From assembly GCA_964016885.1 (NCBI GenBank), contig OZ024740.1, forward strand, positions 433,690,001-433,754,000: a DNA stretch of 64,000 nucleotides. Reading direction: 5' to 3'. Both the position numbers and the translations under genes were made by a program. Position 1 is the stretch's first letter. Each line of letters opens with the position of its first letter. The notes under the pieces are model-generated. The model did not search any database. It had not been told where the DNA came from and saw only the letters and a list, made by a program, of their open reading frames with translations. The DNA comes from Eledone cirrhosa (taxonomy: Eukaryota). Shown here piece by piece: positions 13,401 to 28,098 of this stretch.

Positions 13401-16400
13401 CCAAGTGTGTCAGTTGACCACCTAGTGTGTCAGTTGAACACCTAGTGTGTCAGTTGAACACCTAGTGTGTCAGTTGACCACCTAGTGTGTCAGTTGACCA
13501 CCTAGTGTGTCAGTTGACCACCTAGTGTCAGTTGAACACCTAGTGTGTCAGTTGAACACCTAGTGTGTCAGTTGACCACCTAGTGTGTCAGTTGAACACC
13601 TAGTGTGTCAGTTGAACACCTAGTGTGTCAGTTGACCACCTAGTGTGTCAGTTGACCACCTAGTGTGTCAGTTGACCACCTAGTGTGCCAGTTGACCACC
13701 TAGTCTGTCAGTTGACCACCTAGTGTGTCAGTTGACCTCCTAATGTGTCAGTTGAACACCTAGTGTGTCAGTTGACCACCTAGTGTGTCAGTTGACCACC
13801 TAGTGTGTCAGTTGACCACCTAGTGTGTCAGTTGACCACCTAGTGTGTCAGTTGACCACCAAGTGTGTCAGTTGACCACCTAGTGTGTCAGTTGACGACC
13901 TAGTGTGTCAGTTGACCACCAAGTGTGTCACTTGACCACCTAGTGTGTCAGTTGACCACCTAGTGTGTCAGTTGACCATCAAGTGTGTCAGTTGACCACC
14001 TAGTGTGTCAGTTGACCACCTAGTGTGTCAGTTGACCACCTAGTGTGTCAGTTGACCACCAAGTCTGTCAGTTGACCACCTAGTGTGTCAGTTGATCACC
14101 TAGTGTGTCAGTTGAACACCTGGTGTGTCAGTTGACCACCTAGTGTGTCAGTTGAACACCTTGTGTGTCAGTTGAACACCTAGTGTGTCAGTTGACCACC
14201 TAGTGTATCAGTTGACCTCCTAATGTGTCAGTTGAACACCTTGTGTGTCAGTTGACCACCAAGTGTGTCAGTTGACCACCTAGTGTGTCAGTTGACCACC
14301 AAGTGTGTCAGTTGACCACCTAGTGTGTCAGTTGACCACCCAGTGTGTCAGTTGAACACCTAGTGTGTCAGTTGACCACAGTGTGTCAGTTGACCACCTA
14401 GTGTGTCAGTTGACCACCAAGTGTGTCAGTTGACCACATAGTGTCTCAGTTGACCAGCAAGTGTGTCAGTTGACCGCCAAGTGTGTCAGTTGACCACCTA
14501 GTGTGTCAGTTGACCACCTAGTGTGTCAGTTGACCACATAGTGTCAGTTGAACACCTAGTGTGTCAGTTGAACACCTAGTGTGTCAGTTGAACACCTAGT
14601 GTGTCAGATGACCACCTAGAGTGCCAGTTGACCACCAAGTGTGTCAGTTGACCACCTAGTGTCAGTTGACCACCTAGTGTGTCAGTTGAACACCTAGAGT
14701 GTCAGTTGAACACCTAGTGTGTCAGTTGAACACCTAGTGTGTCAGTTGACCACCTAGTGTGTCAGTTGACCACCTAGTGTGTCAGTTGACCACCTAGTGT
14801 ATCATTTGACCTCCTAATGTGTCAGTTGAACACCTAGTGTGTCAGTTGAACACCTAGTGTGTCAGTTGAACACCTAGTGTGTCAGTTGACCACCAAGTGT
14901 GTCAGTTGACCACCTAGTGTCAGTTGACCACCAAGTGTGTCAGTTGACCACCTAGTGTGTCAGTTGACCATCTAGTGTGTCAGTTGAACACCTAGTGTGT
15001 CAGTTGAACACCTAGTGTGTCGGTTGACCACCTAGTGTATCAGTTGACCTCCTAATGTGTCAGTTGAACACCTAGTGTGTCAGTTGAACACCTAGTGTGT
15101 CAGTTGAACACCTAGTGTGTCAGTTGACCACCAAGTGTGTCAGTTGACCACCTAGTGTCAGTTGACCACCAGGTGTGTCAGTTCACCACCTAGTGTGTCA
15201 GTTGACCATCTAGTGTGTCAGTTGAACACCTAGTGTGTCAGTTGAACACCTAGTGTGTCAGTTGACCACCTACTGTCAGTTGAACACCTAGTGTGTCAGT
15301 TGAACACCTAGTGTGTCAGTTGAACTCCTAGTGTGTCAGTTGACCACCTAGTGTGCCAGTTGACCACCAAGTGTGTCAATTGACCACCTAGTGTGTCAGT
15401 TGACCACCAAGTGTGTCAGTTGACCACCAAGTGTGTCAGTTGACCACCAAGTGTGTCATTTGACCTCGTAATGTGTCAGTTGACCACCTAGTGTGTCAGT
15501 GGACCACCTAGTGTGTCATTTGAACACCTTGTGTGTCAGTTGAACACCTCGTGTGTCAGTTGACCACCAAGTGTGTCAGTTGACCACCTAGTGTGTCAGT
15601 TGACCACCAAGTGTGTCAGTTGACCACCTAGTGTGTCAGTTGACCACCCAGTGTGTCAGTTGAACACCTAGTGTGTCAGTTGACCACCTAGTGTGTCAGT
15701 TGACCACCTAGTGTGTCAGTTGACTACCTAGTGTGTCAGTTGACCACCAAGTGTGTCAGTTGACCACATAGTGTCTCAGTTGACCAGCAAGTGTGTCAGT
15801 TGACCGCCAAGTGTGTCAGTTGACCACCTAGTGTGTCAGTTGACCACCTAGTGTGTCAGTTGACCAACTACTGTCAGTTGAACACCTAGTGTGTCAGTTG
15901 AACACCTAGTGTGTCAGTTGAACACCTAGTGTGTCAGTTGACCACCTAGTGTGCCAGTTGACCACCAAGTGTGTCAATTGACCACCTAGTGTCAGTTGAC
16001 CACCTAGTGTGTCAGTTGAACACCTAGTGTGTCAGTTGAACACCTAGTGTGTCAGTTGACCATCTAGTGTGTCAGTTGAACACCTAGTGTGTCAGTTGAA
16101 CACCTAGTGTGTCAGTTGAACACCTAGCGTGTCAGTTGACCACCAAGTGTGTCAGTTGACCACCTAGTGTCAGTTGACCACCTAGTGTGTCAGTTGAACA
16201 CCTAGTGTGTCAGTTGAACACCTAGTGTGTCAGTTGAACACCTAGCGTGTCAGTTGACCACCAAGTATGTCAGTTGACCACCTAGTGTGTCAGTTGACCA
16301 CCTAGTGTGTCAGTTGAACACCTAGTGTGTCAGTTGACCACCAAGTGTGTCAGTTGACCACCAAGTGTGTCAGTTGACCACCAAGTGTGTCAGTTGACCA

Positions 16401-18313
16401 CCTATTGTGTCAGTTGAACACATAGTGTGTCAGTTGAACACCTAGTGTCAGTTGAACACCTAGTGTGTCAGTTGACCACCTAGTGTTTAAGTTTACCACC
16501 TAGTGTGTCAGTTGACCACCTAGTGTCAGTTGACCACCTAGTGTGTCAGTTGACCACCAAGTGTGTCAGTTGAACACCTAGTGTGTCAGTTGAACACCTA
16601 GTGTGTCAGTTGAACACCTAGCGTGTCAGTTGACCACCAAGTGTGTCAGTTGACCACCTAATGTGTCAGTTGACCACCTAGTGTGTCAGTTGAACACCTA
16701 GTGTGTCAGTTGACCACCAAGTGTGTCAGTTGACCACCAAGTGTGGCATTTGACCACCTAGTGTGTCAGTTGAACACCTAGTGTGTCAGTTGAACACCTA
16801 GTGTCAGTTGAACACCTAGTGTGTCAGTTGACCACCTAGTGTTTCAGTTGACCACCTAGTGTGTCAGTTGACCACATAGTGTGAGTTGACCACCTAGTGT
16901 GTCGGTTGACCACCAAGTGTGTCAGTTGACCGCCTAGTGTGTCAGGTGAACACCTAGTGTGTCAGTTGAACACCTAGTGTGTCAGTTGAACACCTAGTGT
17001 GTCAGTTGACCACCTAGTGTGTCAGTTGAACACCTGGTGTGTCAGTTGACCACCAAGTGTGTCAGTTGACCACCAAGTGTGTCAGTTGACCAACTAGTGT
17101 GTCAGTTGAACACCTAGTGTGTCAGTTGAACACCTAGTGTCAGTTGAACACCTAGTGTGTCAGTTGAACACCCAGTGTCAGTTGACCAGCTAGTGTCAGT
17201 TGACCACCTAGTGTGTCAGTTGACCACCTAGTGTGTCAGTTGACCACCTACTGTGTCAGTTGACCACCTAGTGTGTCAGTTGACCACCTAGTGTGTCAGT
17301 TGACCACCTAGTGTCAGTTGACCACCTAGTGTGTCAGTTGACCACCAAGTGTGTCAGTTGACCACTTAGTGTCAGTTGACCACCTAGTGTGTCAGTTGAA
17401 CACCTAGTGTGTCAGTTGAACACCTAGTGTGTCAGTTGAACACCTAGTGTATCAGTTGACCACCTAGTGTGTCAGTTGAAGCTCTAGTGTGTCAATTGAC
17501 CACCTAGTGTGTCAGTTGAACACCTAGTGTTTCAGCTGACCAACTAGTGTGTCAGTTGACCACCTAGTGTGTCAGTTGACCACCTAGTGTGTCAGTTGAA
17601 CATCAAGTGTGTCAGTTAACCACCTAGTGTGTCAGTTGACCACCTAGTGTCAGTTGACCACCTAGTGTGTCAGTTGCCCACCTAGTGTGTCAATTGACCA
17701 CCTAGTGTGTCAGTTGACCACCTAGTGTGTCAGTTGACCACCTAGTGTGTCAGTTGACCACCTAGTGTGTCAGTTGACCACGAAGTGTATCAGTTGACCA
17801 CCTAGTGTCAGTTGACCACCTAGTGTGTCAGTTGACCACCTAGTGTGTCAGTTGATCATCAAGTGTGTCAGTTGACCACCTAGTGTGTCAGTTGACCACC
17901 TAGTGTGTCAGTTGATCTCCAAGTGTGTCAGTTGACCACCAAGTGTATCAGTTGAACACCTAGTGTGTCAGTTGAACACCAAGTGTCAGTTGAACACCTA
18001 GTGTGTAAGTTGAACACCTAGTGTGTCAGTTGACCACCTAGTGTGTCAGTTGACCACCTAGTGTGTCAGTTGAACACCAAGTGTGTCAGTTGACCACCTA
18101 GTGTGTCAGTTGTACACCAAGTGTGGCAGTTGACCACCTAGTGTGTCAGCTGACAACCTAGTGTGTCAGTTGAACACCTAGTGTGTCAGTTGACCACCAA
18201 GTGTGTCAGTTGAACACCTAGTGTGTCAGTTGAACACCAAGTGTGTCAGTTGACCACCTAGTGTGTCAGTTGAACACCTAGTGTGTGAGTTGACCACGTA
18301 GTGTGTCAGTTGA
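5856..18313 (+). repeat. Near-identical tandem block duplication, period 6224 bp (junction about 12085)
   Basis: Offset 6224 for GACGACC (7670/13894), CAGATGACC (8381/14605), CTCGTAAT (9241/15465), GTGTGGCATT (10517/16741), GAAGCTC (11254/17478) and GTACACCAAG (11888/18112). Confidence 0.93.
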
Positions 18314-21300
18314 ACACCTAGTGTGTCAGTTGAACACCTAGTGTGTCAGTTGACCACCTAGTGTATCAGTTGATCATCAAGTGTGTTAGTTGACCACCTA
18401 GTGTGTCAGTTGACCACCTAGTGTGTCAGTTGACCACCAAGTGTGTCAGTTGAAAACCAAGTGTGTCAGTTGACCACCTACTGTGTCAGTTGACCACCAA
18501 GTGTGTCAGTTGAACACCTAGTGTGTCAGTTGACAACCTAGTGTGTCAGTTGAACACCTAGTGTGTCAGTTGACCACCAAGTGTGTCAGTTGACCACCTA
18601 GTGTGTCAGTTGATCATCAAGTGTGTTAGTTGACCACCTAGTGTGTTAGTTGACCACCTAGTGTGTAAGTTGACCACCAAGTGTGTCAGTTGACAACCAA
18701 GTGTGTCAGTTGACCACCTAGTGTGTCAGTTGACCACCAAATGTGTCAGTTGACCACCTAGTGTGTCAGTTGACCACCTAGTGTGTCAGTTGACCACCAA
18801 GTGTGTCAGTTGACCACCTAGTGTGTCAGTTGACCACCTAGTGTGTTAGTTGACCACCTAGTGTGTCAGTTGACCACCTAGTGTGTCAGTTGACCACCTA
18901 GTGTCAGTTGACCACCTAATGTGTCAGTTGACCACCTAGTGTGTCAGTTGAATACCTAGTGTATCAGTTGACCACCTAGTGTGTCAGTTGAACACCTAGT
19001 GTGTCAGTTGACCACCATGTGTGTGTCAGTTGACCACCTAGTGTGTCAGTTGACCACCTAGTGTCAGTTGAACACCTAGTGTGTCAGTTGAACACCTTGT
19101 GTGTCAGTTGAACACCTAGTGTGTCAGTTGACCTCCTAATGTGTCAGTTGAACACCTAGTGTGTCAGTTGACCACCTAGTGTGTCAGTTGACCACCTAGT
19201 GTGTCAGTTGACCACCTAGTGTGTCAGTGGACCACCAAGTGTGTCAGTTGACCACCTAGTCTGTCAGTTGACCACCAAGTGTGTCAGTTGAACACCTAGT
19301 GTGTCAGTTGAACACCTAGTGTGTCAGTTGACCACCAAGTGTGTCAGTTGACCACCAAGTGTGGCATTTGACCACCTAGTGTGTCAGTTGAACACCTAGT
19401 GTGTCAGTTGAACACCTAGTGTCAGTTGAACACCTAGTGTGTCAGTTGACCACCTAGTGTTTCAGTTGACCACCTAGTGTGTCAGTTGACCACATAGTGT
19501 GAGTTGACCACCTAGTGTGTCGGTTGACCACCAAGTGTGTCAGTTGACCGCCTAGTGTGTCAGGTGAACACCTAGTGTGTCAGTTGAACACCTAGTGTGT
19601 CAGTTGAACACCTAATGTGTCAGTTGACCACCTAGTGTGTCAGTTGAACACCTAGTGTGTCAGTTGACCACCAAGTGTGTCAGTTGACCACCAAGTGTGG
19701 CATTTGACCACCTAGTGTGTCAGTTGAACACCTAGTGTGTCAGTTGAACACCTAGTGTCAGTTGAACACCTAGTGTGTCAGTTGACCACCTAGTGTTTCA
19801 GTTGACCACCTAGTGTGTCAGTTGACCACATAGTGTGAGTTGACCACCTAGTGTGTCGGTTGACCACCAAGTGTGTCAGTTGACCGCCTAGTGTGTCAGG
19901 TGAACACCTAGTGTGTCAGTTGAACACCTAGTGTGTCAGTTGAACACCTAGTGTGTCAGTTGACCACCTAGTGTGTCAGTTGAACACCTGGTGTGTCAGT
20001 TGACCACCAAGTGTGTCAGTTGACCACCAAGTGTGTCAGTTGACCAACTAGTGTGTCAGTTGAACACCTAGTGTGTCAGTTGAACACCTAGTGTCAGTTG
20101 AACACCTAGTGTGTCAGTTGAACACCCAGTGTCAGTTGACCAGCTAGTGTCAGTTGACCACCTAGTGTGTCAGTTGACCACCTAGTGTGTCAGTTGACCA
20201 CCTACTGTGTCAGTTGACCACCTAGTGTGTCAGTTGACCACCTAGTGTGTCAGTTGACCACCTAGTGTCAGTTGACCACCTAGTGTGTCAGTTGACCACC
20301 AAGTGTGTCAGTTGACCACTTAGTGTCAGTTGACCACCTAGTGTGTCAGTTGAACACCTAGTGTGTCAGTTGAACACCTAGTGTGTCAGTTGAACACCTA
20401 GTGTATCAGTTGACCACCTAGTGTGTCAGTTGAAGCTCTAGTGTGTCAATTGACCACCTAGTGTGTCAGTTGAACACCTAGTGTTTCAGCTGACCAACTA
20501 GTGTGTCAGTTGACCACCTAGTGTGTCAGTTGACCACCTAGTGTGTCAGTTGAACATCAAGTGTGTCAGTTAACCACCTAGTGTGTCAGTTGACCACCTA
20601 GTGTCAGTTGACCACCTAGTGTGTCAGTTGCCCACCTAGTGTGTCAATTGACCACCTAGTGTGTCAGTTGACCACCTAGTGTGTCAGTTGACCACCTAGT
20701 GTGTCAGTTGACCACCTAGTGTGTCAGTTGACCACGAAGTGTATCAGTTGACCACCTAGTGTCAGTTGACCACCTAGTGTGTCAGTTGACCACCTAGTGT
20801 GTCAGTTGATCATCAAGTGTGTCAGTTGACCACCTAGTGTGTCAGTTGACCACCTAGTGTGTCAGTTGATCTCCAAGTGTGTCAGTTGACCACCAAGTGT
20901 ATCAGTTGAACACCTAGTGTGTCAGTTGAACACCAAGTGTCAGTTGAACACCTAGTGTGTAAGTTGAACACCTAGTGTGTCAGTTGACCACCTAGTGTGT
21001 CAGTTGACCACCTAGTGTGTCAGTTGAACACCAAGTGTGTCAGTTGACCACCTAGTGTGTCAGTTGTACACCAAGTGTGGCAGTTGACCACCTAGTGTGT
21101 CAGCTGACAACCTAGTGTGTCAGTTGAACACCTAGTGTGTCAGTTGACCACCAAGTGTGTCAGTTGAACACCTAGTGTGTCAGTTGAACACCAAGTGTGT
21201 CAGTTGACCACCTAGTGTGTCAGTTGAACACCTAGTGTGTGAGTTGACCACGTAGTGTGTCAGTTGAACACCTAGTGTGTCAGTTGAACACCTAGTGTGT

Positions 21301-22270
21301 CAGTTGACCACCTAGTGTATCAGTTGATCATCAAGTGTGTTAGTTGACCACCTAGTGTGTCAGTTGACCACCTAGTGTGTCAGTTGACCACCAAGTGTGT
21401 CAGTTGAAAACCAAGTGTGTCAGTTGACCACCTACTGTGTCAGTTGACCACCAAGTGTGTCAGTTGAACACCTAGTGTGTCAGTTGACAACCTAGTGTGT
21501 CAGTTGAACACCTAGTGTGTCAGTTGACCACCAAGTGTGTCAGTTGACCACCTAGTGTGTCAGTTGATCATCAAGTGTGTTAGTTGACCACCTAGTGTGT
21601 TAGTTGACCACCTAGTGTGTAAGTTGACCACCAAGTGTGTCAGTTGACAACCAAGTGTGTCAGTTGACCACCTAGTGTGTCAGTTGACCACCAAATGTGT
21701 CAGTTGACCACCTAGTGTGTCAGTTGACCACCTAGTGTGTCAGTTGACCACCAAGTGTGTCAGTTGACCACCTAGTGTGTCAGTTGACCACCTAGTGTGT
21801 TAGTTGACCACCTAGTGTGTCAGTTGACCACCTAGTGTGTCAGTTGACCACCTAGTGTCAGTTGACCACCTAATGTGTCAGTTGACCACCTAGTGTGTCA
21901 GTTGAATACCTAGTGTATCAGTTGACCACCTAGTGTGTCAGTTGAACACCTAGTGTGTCAGTTGACCACCATGTGTGTGTCAGTTGACCACCTAGTGTGT
22001 CAGTTGACCACCTAGTGTCAGTTGAACACCTAGTGTGTCAGTTGAACACCTTGTGTGTCAGTTGAACACCTAGTGTGTCAGTTGACCTCCTAATGTGTCA
22101 GTTGAACACCTAGTGTGTCAGTTGACCACCTAGTGTGTCAGTTGACCACCTAGTGTGTCAGTTGACCACCTAGTGTGTCAGTGGACCACCAAGTGTGTCA
22201 GTTGACCACCTAGTCTGTCAGTTGACCACCAAGTGTGTCAGTTGAACACCTAGTGTGTCAGTTGAACACC
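16660..22270 (+). repeat. Tandem block duplication, period 2954 bp
   Basis: Offset 2954 for GTGTGGCATT (16741/19695), GAAGCTC (17478/20432) and GTACACC (18112/21066). Confidence 0.9.
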
Positions 22271-25200
22271 TAGTGTGTCAGTTGACCACCTAGTGTGTCA
22301 GTTGAACACCTAGTGTGTCAGTTGAACACCTAGTGTGTCAGTTGAACACCTAGCGTGTCAGTTGACCACCAAGTATGTCAGTTGACCACCTAGTGTGTCA
22401 GTTAACCACCTAGTGTGTCAGTTGAACACCTAGTGTGTCAGTTGACCACCAAGTGTGTCAGTTGACCACCAAGTGTGTCAGTTGAACACCTAGTGTGTCA
22501 GTTGACCACCTAGTGTGTCAGTTGACCACCTAGTGTGTCAGTTGACCACCTAGTGTCAGTTGACCACCTAGTGTGTCAGTTGACCACCAAGTGTGTCAGT
22601 TGAACACCTAGTGTGTCAGTTGAACACCTAGTGTGTCAGTTGAACACCTAGCGTGTCAGTTGACCACCAAGTGTGTCAGTTGACCACCTAGTGTGTCAGT
22701 TGACCACCTAGTGTGTCAGTTGAACACCTAGTGTGTCAGTTGAACACCTAGCGTGTCAGTTGACCACCAAGTGTGTCAGTTGACCACCTAGTGTGTCAGT
22801 TGAACACCTAGTGTTTCAGCTGACCAACTAGTGTGTCAGTTGACCACCTAGTGTGTCAGTTGACCACCTAGTGTGTCAGTTGAACATCAAGTGTGTCAGT
22901 TAACCACCTAGTGTGTCAGTTGACCACCTAGTGTCAGTTGACCACCTAGTGTGTCAGTTGCCCACCTAGTGTGTCAATTGACCACCTAGTGTGTCAGTTG
23001 ACCACCTAGTGTGTCAGTTGACCACCTAGTGTGTCAGTTGACCACCTAGTGTGTCAGTTGACCACGAAGTGTATCAGTTGACCACCTAGTGTCAGTTGAC
23101 CACCTAGTGTGTCAGTTGACCACCTAGTGTGTCAGTTGATCATCAAGTGTGTCAGTTGACCACCTAGTGTGTCAGTTGACCACCTAGTGTGTCAGTTGAT
23201 CTCCAAGTGTGTCAGTTGACCACCAAGTGTATCAGTTGAACACCTAGTGTGTCAGTTGAACACCAAGTGTCAGTTGAACACCTAGTGTGTAAGTTGAACA
23301 CCTAGTGTGTCAGTTGACCACCTAGTGTGTCAGTTGACCACCTAGTGTGTCAGTTGAACACCAAGTGTGTCAGTTGACCACCTAGTGTGTCAGTTGTACA
23401 CCAAGTGTGGCAGTTGACCACCTAGTGTGTCAGCTGACAACCTAGTGTGTCAGTTGAACACCTAGTGTGTCAGTTGACCACCAAGTGTGTCAGTTGAACA
23501 CCTAGTGTGTCAGTTGAACACCAAGTGTGTCAGTTGACCACCTAGTGTGTCAGTTGAACACCTAGTGTGTGAGTTGACCACGTAGTGTGTCAGTTGAACA
23601 CCTAGTGTGTCAGTTGAACACCTAGTGTGTCAGTTGACCACCTAGTGTATCAGTTGATCATCAAGTGTGTTAGTTGACCACCTAGTGTGTCAGTTGACCA
23701 CCTAGTGTGTCAGTTGACCACCAAGTGTGTCAGTTGAAAACCAAGTGTGTCAGTTGACCACCTACTGTGTCAGTTGACCACCAAGTGTGTCAGTTGAACA
23801 CCTAGTGTGTCAGTTGACAACCTAGTGTGTCAGTTGAACACCTAGTGTGTCAGTTGACCACCAAGTGTGTCAGTTGACCACCTAGTGTGTCAGTTGATCA
23901 TCAAGTGTGTTAGTTGACCACCTAGTGTGTTAGTTGACCACCTAGTGTGTAAGTTGACCACCAAGTGTGTCAGTTGACAACCAAGTGTGTCAGTTGACCA
24001 CCTAGTGTGTCAGTTGACCACCAAATGTGTCAGTTGACCACCTAGTGTGTCAGTTGACCACCTAGTGTGTCAGTTGACCACCAAGTGTGTCAGTTGACCA
24101 CCTAGTGTGTCAGTTGACCACCTAGTGTGTTAGTTGACCACCTAGTGTGTCAGTTGACCACCTAGTGTGTCAGTTGACCACCTAGTGTCAGTTGACCACC
24201 TAATGTGTCAGTTGACCACCTAGTGTGTCAGTTGAATACCTAGTGTATCAGTTGACCACCTAGTGTGTCAGTTGAACACCTAGTGTGTCAGTTGACCACC
24301 ATGTGTGTGTCAGTTGACCACCTAGTGTGTCAGTTGACCACCTAGTGTCAGTTGAACACCTAGTGTGTCAGTTGAACACCTTGTGTGTCAGTTGAACACC
24401 TAGTGTGTCAGTTGACCTCCTAATGTGTCAGTTGAACACCTAGTGTGTCAGTTGACCACCTAGTGTGTCAGTTGACCACCTAGTGTGTCAGTTGACCACC
24501 TAGTGTGTCAGTGGACCACCAAGTGTGTCAGTTGACCACCTAGTCTGTCAGTTGACCACCAAGTGTGTCAGTTGAACACCTAGTGTGTCAGTTGAACACC
24601 TAGTGTGTCAGTTGACCACCAAGTGTGTCAGTTGACCACCAAGTGTGGCATTTGACCACCTAGTGTGTCAGTTGAACACCTAGTGTGTCAGTTGAACACC
24701 TAGTGTCAGTTGAACACCTAGTGTGTCAGTTGACCACCTAGTGTTTCAGTTGACCACCTAGTGTGTCAGTTGACCACATAGTGTGAGTTGACCACCTAGT
24801 GTGTCGGTTGACCACCAAGTGTGTCAGTTGACCGCCTAGTGTGTCAGGTGAACACCTAGTGTGTCAGTTGAACACCTAGTGTGTCAGTTGAACACCTAAT
24901 GTGTCAGTTGACCACCTAGTGTGTCAGTTGAACACCTAGTGTGTCAGTTGACCACCAAGTGTGTCAGTTGACCACCAAGTGTGGCATTTGACCACCTAGT
25001 GTGTCAGTTGAACACCTAGTGTGTCAGTTGAACACCTAGTGTCAGTTGAACACCTAGTGTGTCAGTTGACCACCTAGTGTTTCAGTTGACCACCTAGTGT
25101 GTCAGTTGACCACATAGTGTGAGTTGACCACCTAGTGTGTCGGTTGACCACCAAGTGTGTCAGTTGACCGCCTAGTGTGTCAGGTGAACACCTAGTGTGT

Positions 25201-28098
25201 CAGTTGAACACCTAGTGTGTCAGTTGAACACCTAGTGTGTCAGTTGACCACCTAGTGTGTCAGTTGAACACCTGGTGTGTCAGTTGACCACCAAGTGTGT
25301 CAGTTGACCACCAAGTGTGTCAGTTGACCAACTAGTGTGTCAGTTGAACACCTAGTGTGTCAGTTGAACACCTAGTGTCAGTTGAACACCTAGTGTGTCA
25401 GTTGAACACCCAGTGTCAGTTGACCAGCTAGTGTCAGTTGACCACCTAGTGTGTCAGTTGACCACCTAGTGTGTCAGTTGACCACCTACTGTGTCAGTTG
25501 ACCACCTAGTGTGTCAGTTGACCACCTAGTGTGTCAGTTGACCACCTAGTGTCAGTTGACCACCTAGTGTGTCAGTTGACCACCAAGTGTGTCAGTTGAC
25601 CACTTAGTGTCAGTTGACCACCTAGTGTGTCAGTTGAACACCTAGTGTGTCAGTTGAACACCTAGTGTGTCAGTTGAACACCTAGTGTATCAGTTGACCA
25701 CCTAGTGTGTCAGTTGAAGCTCTAGTGTGTCAATTGACCACCTAGTGTGTCAGTTGAACACCTAGTGTTTCAGCTGACCAACTAGTGTGTCAGTTGACCA
25801 CCTAGTGTGTCAGTTGACCACCTAGTGTGTCAGTTGAACATCAAGTGTGTCAGTTAACCACCTAGTGTGTCAGTTGACCACCTAGTGTCAGTTGACCACC
25901 TAGTGTGTCAGTTGCCCACCTAGTGTGTCAATTGACCACCTAGTGTGTCAGTTGACCACCTAGTGTGTCAGTTGACCACCTAGTGTGTCAGTTGACCACC
26001 TAGTGTGTCAGTTGACCACGAAGTGTATCAGTTGACCACCTAGTGTCAGTTGACCACCTAGTGTGTCAGTTGACCACCTAGTGTGTCAGTTGATCATCAA
26101 GTGTGTCAGTTGACCACCTAGTGTGTCAGTTGACCACCTAGTGTGTCAGTTGATCTCCAAGTGTGTCAGTTGACCACCAAGTGTATCAGTTGAACACCTA
26201 GTGTGTCAGTTGAACACCAAGTGTCAGTTGAACACCTAGTGTGTAAGTTGAACACCTAGTGTGTCAGTTGACCACCTAGTGTGTCAGTTGACCACCTAGT
26301 GTGTCAGTTGAACACCAAGTGTGTCAGTTGACCACCTAGTGTGTCAGTTGTACACCAAGTGTGGCAGTTGACCACCTAGTGTGTCAGCTGACAACCTAGT
26401 GTGTCAGTTGAACACCTAGTGTGTCAGTTGACCACCAAGTGTGTCAGTTGAACACCTAGTGTGTCAGTTGAACACCAAGTGTGTCAGTTGACCACCTAGT
26501 GTGTCAGTTGAACACCTAGTGTGTGAGTTGACCACGTAGTGTGTCAGTTGAACACCTAGTGTGTCAGTTGAACACCTAGTGTGTCAGTTGACCACCTAGT
26601 GTATCAGTTGATCATCAAGTGTGTTAGTTGACCACCTAGTGTGTCAGTTGACCACCTAGTGTGTCAGTTGACCACCAAGTGTGTCAGTTGAAAACCAAGT
26701 GTGTCAGTTGACCACCTACTGTGTCAGTTGACCACCAAGTGTGTCAGTTGAACACCTAGTGTGTCAGTTGACAACCTAGTGTGTCAGTTGAACACCTAGT
26801 GTGTCAGTTGACCACCAAGTGTGTCAGTTGACCACCTAGTGTGTCAGTTGATCATCAAGTGTGTTAGTTGACCACCTAGTGTGTTAGTTGACCACCTAGT
26901 GTGTAAGTTGACCACCAAGTGTGTCAGTTGACAACCAAGTGTGTCAGTTGACCACCTAGTGTGTCAGTTGACCACCAAATGTGTCAGTTGACCACCTAGT
27001 GTGTCAGTTGACCACCTAGTGTGTCAGTTGACCACCAAGTGTGTCAGTTGACCACCTAGTGTGTCAGTTGACCACCTAGTGTGTTAGTTGACCACCTAGT
27101 GTGTCAGTTGACCACCTAGTGTGTCAGTTGACCACCTAGTGTCAGTTGACCACCTAATGTGTCAGTTGACCACCTAGTGTGTCAGTTGAATACCTAGTGT
27201 ATCAGTTGACCACCTAGTGTGTCAGTTGAACACCTAGTGTGTCAGTTGACCACCATGTGTGTGTCAGTTGACCACCTAGTGTGTCAGTTGACCACCTAGT
27301 GTCAGTTGAACACCTAGTGTGTCAGTTGAACACCTTGTGTGTCAGTTGAACACCTAGTGTGTCAGTTGACCTCCTAATGTGTCAGTTGAACACCTAGTGT
27401 GTCAGTTGACCACCTAGTGTGTCAGTTGACCACCTAGTGTGTCAGTTGACCACCTAGTGTGTCAGTGGACCACCAAGTGTGTCAGTTGACCACCTAGTCT
27501 GTCAGTTGACCACCAAGTGTGTCAGTTGAACACCTAGTGTGTCAGTTGAACACCTAGTGTGTCAGTTGACCACCTAGTGTGTCAGTTGAACACCTAGTGT
27601 GTCAGTTGAACACCTAGTGTGTCAGTTGAACACCTAGCGTGTCAGTTGACCACCAAGTATGTCAGTTGACCACCTAGTGTGTCAGTTAACCACCTAGTGT
27701 GTCAGTTGAACACCTAGTGTGTCAGTTGACCACCAAGTGTGTCAGTTGACCACCAAGTGTGTCAGTTGAACACCTAGTGTGTCAGTTGACCACCTAGTGT
27801 GTCAGTTGACCACCTAGTGTGTCAGTTGACCACCTAGTGTCAGTTGACCACCTAGTGTGTCAGTTGACCACCAAGTGTGTCAGTTGAACACCTAGTGTGT
27901 CAGTTGAACACCTAGTGTGTCAGTTGAACACCTAGCGTGTCAGTTGACCACCAAGTGTGTCAGTTGACCACCTAGTGTGTCAGTTGACCACCTAGTGTGT
28001 CAGTTGAACACCTAGTGTGTCAGTTGAACACCTAGCGTGTCAGTTGACCACCAAGTGTGTCAGTTGACCACCTAGTGTGTCAGTTGAACACCTAGTGT
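17496..28098 (+). repeat. Near-identical tandem block duplication, period 5284 bp (junction about 22790)
   Basis: Offset 5284 for TTCAGCTGACCAACTA (17531/22815), GTACACC (18112/23396 and 21066/26350), GTGTGGCATT (19359/24643 and 19695/24979) and GAAGCTC (20432/25716). Confidence 0.92.
19290..19950 (+). repeat. Local 336-bp (17-monomer) tandem duplication, copied again at about 24575-25235
   Basis: The series GTGTGGCATTTG...GTGAGTTG...GTCGGTTG...GACCGCC...CAGGTGAAC starts at 19359 and 19695, and again at 24643 and 24979. Confidence 0.88.
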
